A stretch of 60,270 nucleotides of DNA, filler included. It is 3 parts of 3 records of this genome, joined end to end, with 100 filler letters (N's around TTAATTAATTAA, not from the genome) between each part and the next. Parts side by side here need not be neighbours in the genome. Positions count along the whole stretch, not along the records: positions 18,452 to 41,324 come from SRR20825019_497; 2 more parts are not named here. One strand, written 5' to 3'. Position 1 is the stretch's first letter. Every line of letters starts with the position of its first letter. The notes beneath the pieces are model-generated. The model had not been told where the DNA came from. It saw only the letters and a program-made list of their open reading frames with translations, and searched no databases. Made by a program: the position numbers and the translations under genes. Below are positions 27,308 to 37,224 of this stretch, in pieces.

Positions 27308-27724
27308 TCAGTTGGTCTTGGGCCCTGCGCCCAGGTCGGAAAGGATGGGGCAGTCCGGCCTCCCGTCGCCATGGCAATTGTCGGCCAAATCCCTGAGCGT
27401 ATCGACCATGGCTTGCATCTGGCGTATTTTTTCCTCCAGTTTGGTGACATGTTCCAGCGCAATTACTTTCACATCGGCGCTGGCGCGCTCGGTATTTCGC
27501 CACAGCCCGATCAGGCGTTCAATCTGCTCGATGCTGAAACCAAGAGCGCGTGCCCGTTTTACAAACTGCAGGATGTGCACGTCATTTTCCGAATAGTGGC
27601 GATAGCCTGATTCCGTCCGTACGGCTGGGTCGATCAGGCCAATGGATTCATAATAGCGGATCAGTTTGGCGTTCACGCCGGATGCTTTTGCTGCCTCGCC
27701 GATAAACACGGTAGTTCTCCTCAC
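27308..27724 (-). CDS. cueR: Cu(I)-responsive regulator CueR
   Basis: IGEAAKASGVNAKLIRYYE...RASADVK...CHGDGRPDCPIL. Confidence 0.93.
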   Translation of the reverse strand: MRRTTVFIGEAAKASGVNAKLIRYYESIGLIDPAVRTESGYRHYSENDVHILQFVKRARALGFSIEQIERLIGLWRNTERASADVKVIALEHVTKLEEKIRQMQAMVDTLRDLADNCHGDGRPDCPILSDLGAGPKTN

Positions 27725-29991
27725 GTTTTGTTGCGCGGAGACCAGCCGCGCAATGTCAGGGCGTTGAGAACAACGCTAACTGAGCTGAGCGCCATGGCCG
27801 CGCCGGCCAGCATGGGGCTGAGGTATCCGAATGCAGCCAGTGGTATGCCGACAATATTATATATGAAAGCCCAGAAAAGCCCCTGCCGTATTTTGCCGTA
27901 GCTTCTCCGTGAGATATCTAACGCACCGGAAACGAGGCTCAAATCCCCCCGCATAAGGGTGATGCCCGCGGTTTGCATTGCGACATCGGTGCCGGTGCCC
28001 ATGGCAAGCCCGATATCGGCCTGAGCCAGAGCCGGGGCGTCGTTCACGCCGTCTCCGACCATGGCGACCACGGCACCCTTCGCCTGCAGTTCCGCGACGA
28101 TATTGGATTTTTCCTCCGGCAGAACATTGGCTCGCACAATATCAATGCCCAGTTTGCGAGCTGTGCTTAGGGCTGTGTCTGCATTGTCACCGGTAATCAT
28201 GACCGTTTCGACGCCCATGGCATGAAGGATGTCGATTGCCTTGTGCGCTTCGGATTTAATAGTGTCCGAGAATGTCAGCAAACCAAGCACGCGTGGCACG
28301 GGCGCGCTTTCAGCAAGCCATGAAACTGTCTGACCCTCTGATGCTGCCTTTGATGCTTCCGTTTCAAGAGGCGCCAATTCAATTCCGAGGTCAGCCATCA
28401 ACTTACCGTTGCCAAGGATGTAGCGGTGCCCGTCAATCCGTCCTTCGACCCCCTTGCCTGGATGGTTCTTGAAGTGCTTCACTTTTGCAGACGGACCGGT
28501 TACTTCCAGATCTACCTTGGCACCTAGTGATCGCACGCGTTCAACATAGCTAACAACGGCGGCGGCAAGGGGGTGGGTGCTTCCGGTTTGTAACGCCGCA
28601 GCGATTTCCAGCATGGTCTGTTGTTTGATGCCATGTGAGGCTCGCACCACTTCCACCTTGGGTTTTCCCTCTGTAAGGGTACCCGTTTTGTCAAATGCGA
28701 CGGTTGTTACCGCGCGGGCCTGTTCGAGTGCTTGTGCGTCTTTGATCAGTATGCCATGCCGTGCCGCAGCGCCTGTACCAACCATAATGGCGGTTGGCGT
28801 GGCGAGCCCGAGCGCACAGGGACAGGCGATAACAAGAACAGAGACACTGACCAGTACAGCAGCCTCCATGTTGTCAGTCATGCCGTACCAGCCAAGGAAT
28901 GTCAGCGCTGCAATGGCCAAGACTACCGGCACAAAAACCATGCTTATCCTGTCTACAAGTCGTTGAACATTGGCCTTGGAGGCCTGCGCGCCTTCTACCA
29001 TTCGAATAATCTGCGCAAGAACAGTTTCCGTACCAACGGCTGTGGTTCGGGCCAGAAGCAGGCCGTCGACATTGATTGACCCGCCTGTCACATTGTCACC
29101 TTCGCTTTTCTGAAGTGGCATGCTTTCCCCAGTCAGCATGCTCTCGTCAACTGCCGAAGAGCCCTCTTCAACAATACCATCTACCGGGATGCGGTCCCCC
29201 GGTCGCAGAACGACGAGGTCGCCGATGGTCACATCCGCAACTGACATGTCAATAATCTTGTCGCCGCGGCGTACCCTTGCTGTGTCGGGCCTCAGCTTCA
29301 TCAGAGCCCGGATGGCACTGGCGGTTTGGCCTTTTGCGCGGGCCTCAAGCCATTTACCCAATAAAATGAAGGTGATCAAAACGGCAGATGTTTCAAAATA
29401 CAGATGTGGTGCAGTACCGGATGGTGCTGTGATCATCAGATGGAGGCTGAGGCCGTAGGCTGCCGAGGTGCCAAGGGCTACCAAAAGGTCCATATTGCCA
29501 GTGCGGGCTTTCACAGCCTTGAAGCCACCAATATAAAAGCGGGCACCAAGCCAAAACTGGACGGGAGATGCCAACAGCAGTTGGGCCCAACCGGGAACCA
29601 CCCACTTGCTTTCAAAAAAACTGGTGCCCATACCGATCAGCAGGGGTGCCGATAGGAGGGCGGCAATGAGTACATGTGTCAGTTCTCGCAGGGATTTGTC
29701 GTCGCGGCCATTTTCCATTACGGGGTGAGCGTTTCCATCATCGACCAGGGAAGTTGCTGTGTATCCGGCAACTGCTATCGCAGCTTCGACTTTCCGGGCG
29801 TCAACTGCGGCTCCTGTAACCACAGCGCGTTCGGTAGCAAGATTGACAGTAGCAGATGAAACGCCGTCTACCGTCATGATTGCCTTTTCCACGCGACTTA
29901 CACAGGACGCGCATGTCATGCCGCCTATCGTAAAGGAAGCATTCATTGATGCTGGGTCAGACAGTGGTTGCGTTTGGGTTTTATATGCCAT
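27721..29991 (-). CDS. copA: Cu(I)-translocating P1B-type ATPase
   Basis: GMTCASC, TGES, CPCALGLATP, DKTGTLT, HP, GDGVNDAPAL, YN and MALSSVSV. Confidence 0.95.
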   Translation of the reverse strand: MAYKTQTQPLSDPASMNASFTIGGMTCASCVSRVEKAIMTVDGVSSATVNLATERAVVTGAAVDARKVEAAIAVAGYTATSLVDDGNAHPVMENGRDDKSLRELTHVLIAALLSAPLLIGMGTSFFESKWVVPGWAQLLLASPVQFWLGARFYIGGFKAVKARTGNMDLLVALGTSAAYGLSLHLMITAPSGTAPHLYFETSAVLITFILLGKWLEARAKGQTASAIRALMKLRPDTARVRRGDKIIDMSVADVTIGDLVVLRPGDRIPVDGIVEEGSSAVDESMLTGESMPLQKSEGDNVTGGSINVDGLLLARTTAVGTETVLAQIIRMVEGAQASKANVQRLVDRISMVFVPVVLAIAALTFLGWYGMTDNMEAAVLVSVSVLVIACPCALGLATPTAIMVGTGAAARHGILIKDAQALEQARAVTTVAFDKTGTLTEGKPKVEVVRASHGIKQQTMLEIAAALQTGSTHPLAAAVVSYVERVRSLGAKVDLEVTGPSAKVKHFKNHPGKGVEGRIDGHRYILGNGKLMADLGIELAPLETEASKAASEGQTVSWLAESAPVPRVLGLLTFSDTIKSEAHKAIDILHAMGVETVMITGDNADTALSTARKLGIDIVRANVLPEEKSNIVAELQAKGAVVAMVGDGVNDAPALAQADIGLAMGTGTDVAMQTAGITLMRGDLSLVSGALDISRRSYGKIRQGLFWAFIYNIVGIPLAAFGYLSPMLAGAAMALSSVSVVLNALTLRGWSPRNKT

Positions 29992-30018
29992 TTCTTTTCT
30001 CCGCGCTCGGTGTAACGT

Positions 30019-30252
30019 TTATGGGGTTATGCCGTCCTCTCGCTGATACACAGGCTCAATCTCTGACGCCTCGTAGCCCGCATGGCTCAGGGTTTCCATA
30101 ATTTCTGCTGCTGATGCAGTTCCAGTTACAGTAACTGTCTTTGCTGCGAGATTTGCCTGAGAAGAGGTAACGCCGGGGAGTGCGTTTACCGCTGTCTCAA
30201 TCGTGTTAACACAATGTCCACACGACATATTGCTGATGGCGAAGTTTTTCAT
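30019..30252 (-). CDS. copZ: CopZ-like HMA copper chaperone
   Basis: MSCGHC...AGY; RBS AAGGA. Confidence 0.88.
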   Translation of the reverse strand: MKNFAISNMSCGHCVNTIETAVNALPGVTSSQANLAAKTVTVTGTASAAEIMETLSHAGYEASEIEPVYQREDGITP

Positions 30253-30309
30253 TTTGCTGTCCTTCTTTGGTTGTGCAGTCAATCTGCACGCTGTCGTGTA
30301 GGCATATGG

Positions 30310-30333
30310 GGCTTCCAGTAATTGGAAGGTCAA
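30310..30333 (-). promoter_or_regulatory. CueR box overlapping the -35 of the copZ-copA-cueR promoter
   Basis: - strand TTGACCTTCC-AATTACT-GGAAGCC matches ACCTTCC-N7-GGAAGGT. Confidence 0.88.
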
Positions 30334-30422
30334 GGGCGATTTCAAATATTTTTGATTCCGGCGTGAGTGTGGAAATGTTTGCTTGACCCTGAGCCGTGAT
30401 CTGGGGCTATACTGCGTCTGAT

Positions 30423-30818
30423 ATGAAACTGTTCAAGCGAATACATTCGGCTCTAGTGGCTTTTATGGTGGCGGCAATGATGGTTGTCGTTCCTTCTGTA
30501 TTTGCGGCCGCTGACCATGATTGCTGTGTTGAGGAAATGGCTTCTGACACGTTGACACAGATGACGGATGTTCAAGCTGAAACAACAATTGTAGCCATTA
30601 AACATGCAAGCATGATCCATAAGAATGGACACGTAGGGCAGGACGGCAGCGCTTGCGATGTTTCGTGCTGCGGATTGGCGGTTACCGTCGTGTTGATCGA
30701 TCGTTCGCCGCGTGCTGCGGGCGCCTGGATGCTCCACGTGTTGCCAGCACCAATGCCTGATCAGCCGATGTTTTCGGCAGTTGGCGATCACATCACACCA
30801 CCTCCCCGGACCATATAG
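30423..30818 (+). CDS. Small secreted Cys/His/Met-rich metal-binding protein (CopL-like)
   Basis: Signal peptide, HDCC, C..SCC, C-terminal PPPR; upstream of the multicopper oxidase. Confidence 0.6.
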   Translation: MKLFKRIHSALVAFMVAAMMVVVPSVFAAADHDCCVEEMASDTLTQMTDVQAETTIVAIKHASMIHKNGHVGQDGSACDVSCCGLAVTVVLIDRSPRAAGAWMLHVLPAPMPDQPMFSAVGDHITPPPRTI

Positions 30819-31050
30819 CTGTTCCCAAGCCAGATTACCTGACGCTGGTTATCGCTCACCGTAGGCCAGTGGCTGTCCGGTGATGGAAAATGTTATACTC
30901 CCGAGAGGGTTCGGAAATGAATTCAACAGTTTATTTATTAGATGCGGCCAATGACACTAACTGCAGGATTGCCGGCGAAAGTAACAGGCAACATCGTTCG
31001 AAAAGTACGCTAACAATGACTTCCCTTCATGTAGGCATGGGAGGAAGGTC

Positions 31051-32931
31051 GTGAAACATCTGAGCAGAAGAAGCCTTCTTAGAGGCGCGGCTGGTAGTGG
31101 TGCATTCCTTTGCCTTTCTGGCCTACTTCCCCTATGGGCACAAAGTGCAGCTAGGGGCAATTGGGGGGTGCCCTCAGGCACTGCCAACAGTTTCAATCTG
31201 GATATCGACAGGTTTCCGGTCCGGATTGATGGTCGTTCTACCACTGCGGTTGGGATCAATGGCACCTTACCGGGGCCTTTGATCCGGTTTCGTGAGGGAG
31301 ACGATATTACCCTCAATGTCACTAACCGCCTCGCCCAAGATACGTCTATTCACTGGCATGGCCTTCTGGTGCCATTTCACATGGACGGTGTGCCAGGCGT
31401 TTCGTTTCCGGGCATCAAACCCGGGGAGACCTTCAGCTACCGGTTCGCTGTCCCTCAAAGTGGTACCTATTGGTATCACTCGCATTCTGGTATGCAGGAA
31501 CAGCTAGGCCATTATGGGCCGATCATTATCGATCCTAAAGATGCCGACCCCGTTCAGTATGACCGTGAGTATGTTTTGATCCTGGGCGACTGGACTTTTG
31601 AGGACCCACACCGGATTTTCGCCAAGCTGAAAAAGAATGCGGAGTCGCTGAATTTTCAGCGCCGCACGGCGGGCGACCTGGTTGATGATATATCCGAGAA
31701 TGGTCTGAGCGATACTATTGCCGACCGGGCCATGTGGGGCCGGATGCGTATGTCATCCACCGACTGGGCCGATGTAACCGGTGCAACCTATACATATGTT
31801 ATTAACGGGCATTCGACAGCAGACAACTGGAACGGTGTTTTCCGCCCAGGAGAACGTGTGCGCCTGCGTATCATCAATGCGGCGGCCATGTCTATTTTCA
31901 ACTTCCGGATACCCGGGCTGCCGATGACGGTTGTTGCTTCTGATGGCCTCAATGTTCAACCCCTTGAGACCGATGAATTCCAGATCGGGGTGGCTGAAAC
32001 CTATGATGTGATTGTCGAGCCACGAGAAGAAAAGGCCTATGCTATGGTGGCGGAATCCATCGACCGGTCAGGCCAGGTTGTTGCAACACTGGGGCCAAGG
32101 CCCGGGATGCGCGCCGAAGAGCCGAAGATCAGAAAGCCTGTTCCACTGACAATGAAGGATATGGGCATGGACCACAGCGCGATGTCTGGCATGGATCACA
32201 GTAAAATGGATCACGCCGCCATGGGCCATGGCACCATGACGACGCAAGGTGACGCGTACCATACCCTGCCGACAACTGGCGCCAATATCCAGCGGGGACC
32301 GGGCGTTGTGAATATTGCTGCGGCACCAGCAAACAGGCTTGACGAACCTGGGCATGGCCTGACCGACGTGCCACATCGTGCGTTGCGATATGCGCAGTTG
32401 CGCAGTTTGGATGTGAACCCGGACTTGCGACAGCCAGAGCGTGAGATCGAACTGCATCTGACTTCCAATATGGAACGATACATGTGGTCGTTCGATGGTA
32501 AACGGTATTCGGAAGTGGAAAAACCCATCGTCTTATACGAGGGCGAGCGCTTAAGGCTGACGATGGTGAATGATACCATGATGCCTCACCCGATCCATTT
32601 GCATGGCATGTTTTTTGATGTCGTGAACGGTGCTGACGATCACAAACCGCGCAAGCATACGATTATCGTGAAGCCTGGGGAAAAGCTGTCGGTCGATATT
32701 TCAGCCGAGCACGTGGGTGACTGGGCATTCCATTGTCACCTGCTTTATCACATGGAAGCGGGTATGTTTCAGGTGGTGTCCGTGCTGCCAAAATCGCAGA
32801 CGCCCCCGCATACGCGGCGCCATCAAGGCAATTCAGAACCCGGTCAAGGGATGAAGAAAGAAGTCGATCACAAACACATGCATCATGGGCATGGCGACAA
32901 GGCGGAAAGCGAAACAGGGGGGCGTAAATAA
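31051..32931 (+). CDS. copA: CopA/PcoA-family multicopper oxidase (Tat-exported)
   Basis: SRRSLL Tat motif, HWHG, WYHSH, HPIHLHG, HCHLLYHMEAGM, MDH repeats. Confidence 0.95.
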   Translation: MKHLSRRSLLRGAAGSGAFLCLSGLLPLWAQSAARGNWGVPSGTANSFNLDIDRFPVRIDGRSTTAVGINGTLPGPLIRFREGDDITLNVTNRLAQDTSIHWHGLLVPFHMDGVPGVSFPGIKPGETFSYRFAVPQSGTYWYHSHSGMQEQLGHYGPIIIDPKDADPVQYDREYVLILGDWTFEDPHRIFAKLKKNAESLNFQRRTAGDLVDDISENGLSDTIADRAMWGRMRMSSTDWADVTGATYTYVINGHSTADNWNGVFRPGERVRLRIINAAAMSIFNFRIPGLPMTVVASDGLNVQPLETDEFQIGVAETYDVIVEPREEKAYAMVAESIDRSGQVVATLGPRPGMRAEEPKIRKPVPLTMKDMGMDHSAMSGMDHSKMDHAAMGHGTMTTQGDAYHTLPTTGANIQRGPGVVNIAAAPANRLDEPGHGLTDVPHRALRYAQLRSLDVNPDLRQPEREIELHLTSNMERYMWSFDGKRYSEVEKPIVLYEGERLRLTMVNDTMMPHPIHLHGMFFDVVNGADDHKPRKHTIIVKPGEKLSVDISAEHVGDWAFHCHLLYHMEAGMFQVVSVLPKSQTPPHTRRHQGNSEPGQGMKKEVDHKHMHHGHGDKAESETGGRK

Positions 32932-33746
32932 TGCTTACGTACAAGATATTCTCGCCTGCACTGGTAGTCGGTGCGCTTCTCATGAATACGGGTTCTACAG
33001 CTGCCAACGAGGAAGTGCAAAAGTCGCCTGTTATTGCCGGTCAGCAGGCAGATCAGTATTATGACCCGCAGGAAATGGCGGAAAAGCGCGTTGAGATTAA
33101 AAAGGCAATGGGTGGCCAGAAAACTTATCTGTTGCAACTTGATCGGTTTGAGCTGCAAAGCCATAACGGTGAAGACAATCTGGTTCTTGATGGCCAGGCT
33201 TGGTACGGCGGCGACATCAATAAGTTATGGGTCAAAACAGAAGCCGAGTTGAACCTGGACAGCGGAGACGTCGAAGAGGCCGAAGTTCAGGCGCTCTGGT
33301 CGCGTGCTGTTTCGCCTTTCTGGGATTTGCAGGCTGGTCTGCGTCATGATTTCAAGCCGGATGGGCTGGATCATCTGGTCCTGGGTGTGCAGGGGCTGGC
33401 ACCATACTGGTTTGAAGTGGATGCAGCAGCATTTCTCAGTACCGACGGGGATCTAACAGTAAGTGCCGAGGTGGAATATGATTTTTTGCTGACACAGCGC
33501 CTGATCCTGCAGCCCCGCGCCGAGATTGGGATCTCTTTTCAGGATATCATAAAGCAGGAGACCGGAGCTGGGTTCACCTCATTAAGTGCGAGTGTTCGGT
33601 TGCGCTACGAAATCAAGCGTGAGTTTGCTCCCTATATTGGTGTCGAGTGGCAGCGGAAACTGGGTGGCACAGCCGATATTGCGCGGGCTGCTGGTGAAGA
33701 TATCGGGCGAACTATGCTGGTTGCCGGCATTCGTGCATGGTTCTAG
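32931..33746 (+). CDS. copB: CopB/PcoB outer-membrane copper resistance protein
   Basis: AWYGGDINKLWVK.E, GLAPYWFE, LRYEIKREFAPYIGV, C-terminal RAWF. Confidence 0.93.
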   Translation: MLTYKIFSPALVVGALLMNTGSTAANEEVQKSPVIAGQQADQYYDPQEMAEKRVEIKKAMGGQKTYLLQLDRFELQSHNGEDNLVLDGQAWYGGDINKLWVKTEAELNLDSGDVEEAEVQALWSRAVSPFWDLQAGLRHDFKPDGLDHLVLGVQGLAPYWFEVDAAAFLSTDGDLTVSAEVEYDFLLTQRLILQPRAEIGISFQDIIKQETGAGFTSLSASVRLRYEIKREFAPYIGVEWQRKLGGTADIARAAGEDIGRTMLVAGIRAWF

Positions 33747-33888
33747 AGACGCGCATGGAAAATACACTCACATTAGAAAATGGAGCGGGCTTCAACGGCC
33801 CGTTCACCATGCACAGTGTTGAAACATTGGTGTTTCGCAGGCACGCCCCGGCATGCCTTAAGCAACTTGATGAAGGCGGGAGGGCCTG

Positions 33889-34920
33889 ATGACTAGTTTG
33901 ATTGAACCAAATCTGCACCCAGTGTTGGTGCATTTTGCCTATGCATTGCCAGTGACGGCGACAGCCGCTTATTGGCTGGGCACTTTTGGCCCGGAGCGGG
34001 ACTGGAAACCCGGTCTTCTCAAGGCGGCGGACTGGATGCTGGCCTTTGGCGCCCTGGCCATAATAGTGACAATCGCGGCTGGCTTTCAAGCCTACTATAC
34101 AGTGGGGCATGATGGTCCCTCCCATGCTGCCATGACCACTCACAGGAATTGGGCAGTGCCGACTGGCCTGGCGATGTTGGCGCTGGTGTTATGGCGCTGG
34201 AAGTCCGGGCGCATCAATCCAAAAACCCTGTTCCTGATATTGCTGACTGTTGCCGCACTGGCACTTACCGTGACGGCCTGGTGGGGCGGCAGGATTGTCT
34301 ACGGTTATGGGCTTGGGGTGAAAAGTCTGCCCGAAATTACAGGTGGTGGGCACGACCACGATCATGGTGAGGACAAGTCACATGACCATACAGCGCAGCC
34401 AGATCAGGCAGACAAGGCTCTCAATCGTGGTGAAGGTGCCAAGGCGCATGAACATGACAATGCCGACGAAAAGACAGATGTTGCAGCAGGTGCCAGGGAA
34501 GAAAAGGCGCACGACGATAATGCGCACGATCATGGCGACGCGCATAATGTGGAAACGCTAGATGCCGGTGCTATCTCCAATGCCTTTTATGCAGCTCTGA
34601 AAGCTGGAGATGAAGCCACCGTGGCTCGGTTGCTAGCAGACGATGTGTTGATTATTGAAGGTGGTCACGCCCAGACCACCAAAGCTGCCTATATGTCGGG
34701 GCATATGAAATCAGACATGGCTTTTCTACCCAATATGGAAAGCAAGACTCTGTCGCGTGAAACAGGACAGGCTGGAGACAGGGCATGGGTCGTGACCCAC
34801 TCCAGGACTATAGGCAATTACCGGGGGCAAGAATACAACCGGATGGGCCGCGAATTTATGTTGCTTCGCCAAAAAGGACACGATTGGAAGATCGAGTTGA
34901 TTGAATGGGCTGATCGATAG
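33889..34920 (+). CDS. DUF2231 membrane domain + His-rich linker + NTF2-like (DUF4440) domain
   Basis: PNLHPVLVHF...H....H...GG.IVY.YG.GV; HDHDH tracts; FYAAL..GD...LLADDV.I.EGG...W.I..I.W. Confidence 0.75.
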   Translation: MTSLIEPNLHPVLVHFAYALPVTATAAYWLGTFGPERDWKPGLLKAADWMLAFGALAIIVTIAAGFQAYYTVGHDGPSHAAMTTHRNWAVPTGLAMLALVLWRWKSGRINPKTLFLILLTVAALALTVTAWWGGRIVYGYGLGVKSLPEITGGGHDHDHGEDKSHDHTAQPDQADKALNRGEGAKAHEHDNADEKTDVAAGAREEKAHDDNAHDHGDAHNVETLDAGAISNAFYAALKAGDEATVARLLADDVLIIEGGHAQTTKAAYMSGHMKSDMAFLPNMESKTLSRETGQAGDRAWVVTHSRTIGNYRGQEYNRMGREFMLLRQKGHDWKIELIEWADR

Positions 34921-34931
34921 TCCTAACTAAC

Positions 34932-34963
34932 TGCCGCTCTGCAGCAGATTTTTGCGGGGCGGC
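34932..34963 (+). terminator. Hairpin at the end of the cop operon
   Basis: TGCCGCTCTGCA-loop-TGCGGGGCGGCA. Confidence 0.5.
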
Positions 34964-35074
34964 ATACTCGGTATTCTCTATTAAAGACATGTTGTTAAGT
35001 AATTACAGGGAAAGTTGCCAAGCTTGCCACATATTCGGTTAAGTTAATCGCAACAAACAGGGCGAGGGCGGATC

Positions 35075-35809
35075 GTGCGAGTTATATTTCTTCCTCTAGC
35101 TTTTATGTTTTCTCTGGCGCTGTCAGTAGCGGGACAGGCGGAGTCCTTGAAAATACTGGCGGGGCAGATACCCCATGTTTTTCATCAGGAAACGCCTGGC
35201 CCTCATAACCAGTTTTTCCAACAGATTATTCGACCGCGTATAGGTGACCATGAGGTGCAATTTCTATCCTACAGGCGGGCAATGAGGGACTTTGCTGAGC
35301 GCCAGGCGGATTGCCTGTATATTGCTATCGACAGCATTGATGATTACCCGATCGAATTGGATGAGAGACAGTTCATCAGGTTTTCTAATCCTATAAACCG
35401 TGTTGGGCTGCGTCTGTATACCCGCCCAGACGACGTGCCAGTAACTGCCTATGATGACTTAAAGAGCAAAGTCATTGTTGGAGCAGGCAGTCACCTCAAA
35501 ATACTGGAGCCCCATATCGGCGCGGATTGGGGTGTCACTACACTGGAGGTGGAAACCGGGGTCAAGGCGTTTGAGTTATTGGATAAACACAGGGTGGACG
35601 TCGTCATTTCCGTTGATTTTGATACCAGGCTACTCGAAAAAGCTAAGGGCCTTCAAAGTTATAGTTATGACAAGGATCTTGAAGTTGTGGCCTGGAACGA
35701 GGTGATGACCTGTTGGTATTCAGAAAAAACAGATCGGATATTGACGTCATTAAATCTGATGCTTCAAGCTGCAAAAGACAACGGCACCCTCATTGCAACG
35801 TTTCAATAA
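35075..35809 (+). CDS. Periplasmic substrate-binding protein (family 3-like)
   Basis: Signal peptide; RRA..DF....DC; F.LL.K.RVD; GTL. Confidence 0.7.
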   Translation: MRVIFLPLAFMFSLALSVAGQAESLKILAGQIPHVFHQETPGPHNQFFQQIIRPRIGDHEVQFLSYRRAMRDFAERQADCLYIAIDSIDDYPIELDERQFIRFSNPINRVGLRLYTRPDDVPVTAYDDLKSKVIVGAGSHLKILEPHIGADWGVTTLEVETGVKAFELLDKHRVDVVISVDFDTRLLEKAKGLQSYSYDKDLEVVAWNEVMTCWYSEKTDRILTSLNLMLQAAKDNGTLIATFQ

Positions 35810-36127
35810 CGGTACGGGTGTTCTTGTTTTAACCGACTGAAATAGCTATATTTTTGTATCCTCCCACACCATTGCAAATCTCACGAAGACGATTGCATTC
35901 TTAGGGTCGTTCGCGGTGCGGAGAGAGATGGTGGTCATCAGATAAAGATTTACAAAAAACTGGAGGTCCCTATAGAGGGTAAAAGGTTAGGGTTGTCTAG
36001 AACGGCGATTGTCGATTTCTGGGTAGTCTGTTTGTGTTATTTATATTGCTGTTTTTGTGATCTCTATTGCAAAAGAAAATTTAGATTGCACACATGAAAT
36101 GCATCGCAAATTTCTTGAGGTTGGACC

Positions 36128-36856
36128 GTGAAAGTACACTCCATTCAGGCACCCTATCAACGTATTAAGGAAGAATTAGTTCAGTCAATTAAGGACGGTA
36201 CATACGGTCCAAATGATAAAGTTCCATCAGAAAATGCCTTGATGAAGGAATATGGCGTCGCCCGGATGACTGCGCACCGCGCGCTTCGGGAGCTGACAGA
36301 TGAGGGCATTCTGACGCGTGTACCCGGTATTGGTACTTTTGTGGCTGAAAAAACAGATGACGGGCATGTACTGGACGTAAAAAACATCGCTGATGATATC
36401 CGCGCTCGGGGCCATGATTATTGTGCCGACGTCATTCTCAGGCGTGAAGAGCCGGTGGACGGCAGGCTGGCTGATCTCTTCTACATGCAGGCAGGTGAGC
36501 GCCTGTTGCGAACCCGGATTGTACATTTGGAAGGTGAAATGCCGCTGCAGCTTGAAGACAGGTGGGTTAATCCTTGTTTTGCGCCAGATTATCTAACCAA
36601 TGATTTTAGGCATATAACGCCGACCGCGTATCTGTTGTCTAAATTACCTCTGCAGGAAGTGGAACATACGATTCGGGCGGAAATGCCGAGCGAACAGATT
36701 TTTAAACTTCTCAGAATGCCTCGGACCGAACCCTGCCTCGTGCTGACAAGGCGCACATCGATGAATAAAAAGGTCATCACATTTGCACGTATGTTCTTTC
36801 CGGGCAGCCGATACCGGCTCGGAAACAAGTTCAGCGCAAATGTCAATCTTGATTAA
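36128..36856 (+). CDS. hutC: Histidine utilization repressor (GntR/UTRA)
   Basis: PSEN.L...YGVARMTAHRALREL..EG.L.R.PG.GTFV, KNIADDIRARGH, P.QLEDRWVNP, EH.I.A, PGSRY. Confidence 0.9.
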   Translation: MKVHSIQAPYQRIKEELVQSIKDGTYGPNDKVPSENALMKEYGVARMTAHRALRELTDEGILTRVPGIGTFVAEKTDDGHVLDVKNIADDIRARGHDYCADVILRREEPVDGRLADLFYMQAGERLLRTRIVHLEGEMPLQLEDRWVNPCFAPDYLTNDFRHITPTAYLLSKLPLQEVEHTIRAEMPSEQIFKLLRMPRTEPCLVLTRRTSMNKKVITFARMFFPGSRYRLGNKFSANVNLD

Positions 36857-37107
36857 CAGCGATTTCTTCTTCTCCTCTTCACGTAATCTTGAAAAACGCT
36901 GAAAAAATGCACTCGACTTTCATCTTCTCATTACCCGTTGCAGTTGTGAAATTTTCGGATATGGCCCACCATTTCCCCAAAAACTAGAAACAGCCTCACA
37001 CTGACCCGAGAGAATAGGGGCTGGAATGCGATTTGTTTCTTAATGCCCGATCAATTTGACTGATTTGTTCTTGCTATATGACAAAATAGCACTAATGTTT
37101 CCTTTGT

Positions 37108-37128
37108 TATATATGGTTGTCTATACAG
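37108..37128 (+). promoter_or_regulatory. HutC operator-like site
   Basis: TATATGGTTGTCTATACAG; core TGTCTATACA (37118-37127) resembles HutC TGTA-N2-TACA boxes. Confidence 0.7.
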
Positions 37129-37224
37129 GTCTGTGTAAGCTTCGATGAGGATCAGGGCTACAGCGGTTACTGAGTTTATGCTGTATTTGACGAGATGGAG
37201 CGAGGACCGGGAGGAGATTACGAA

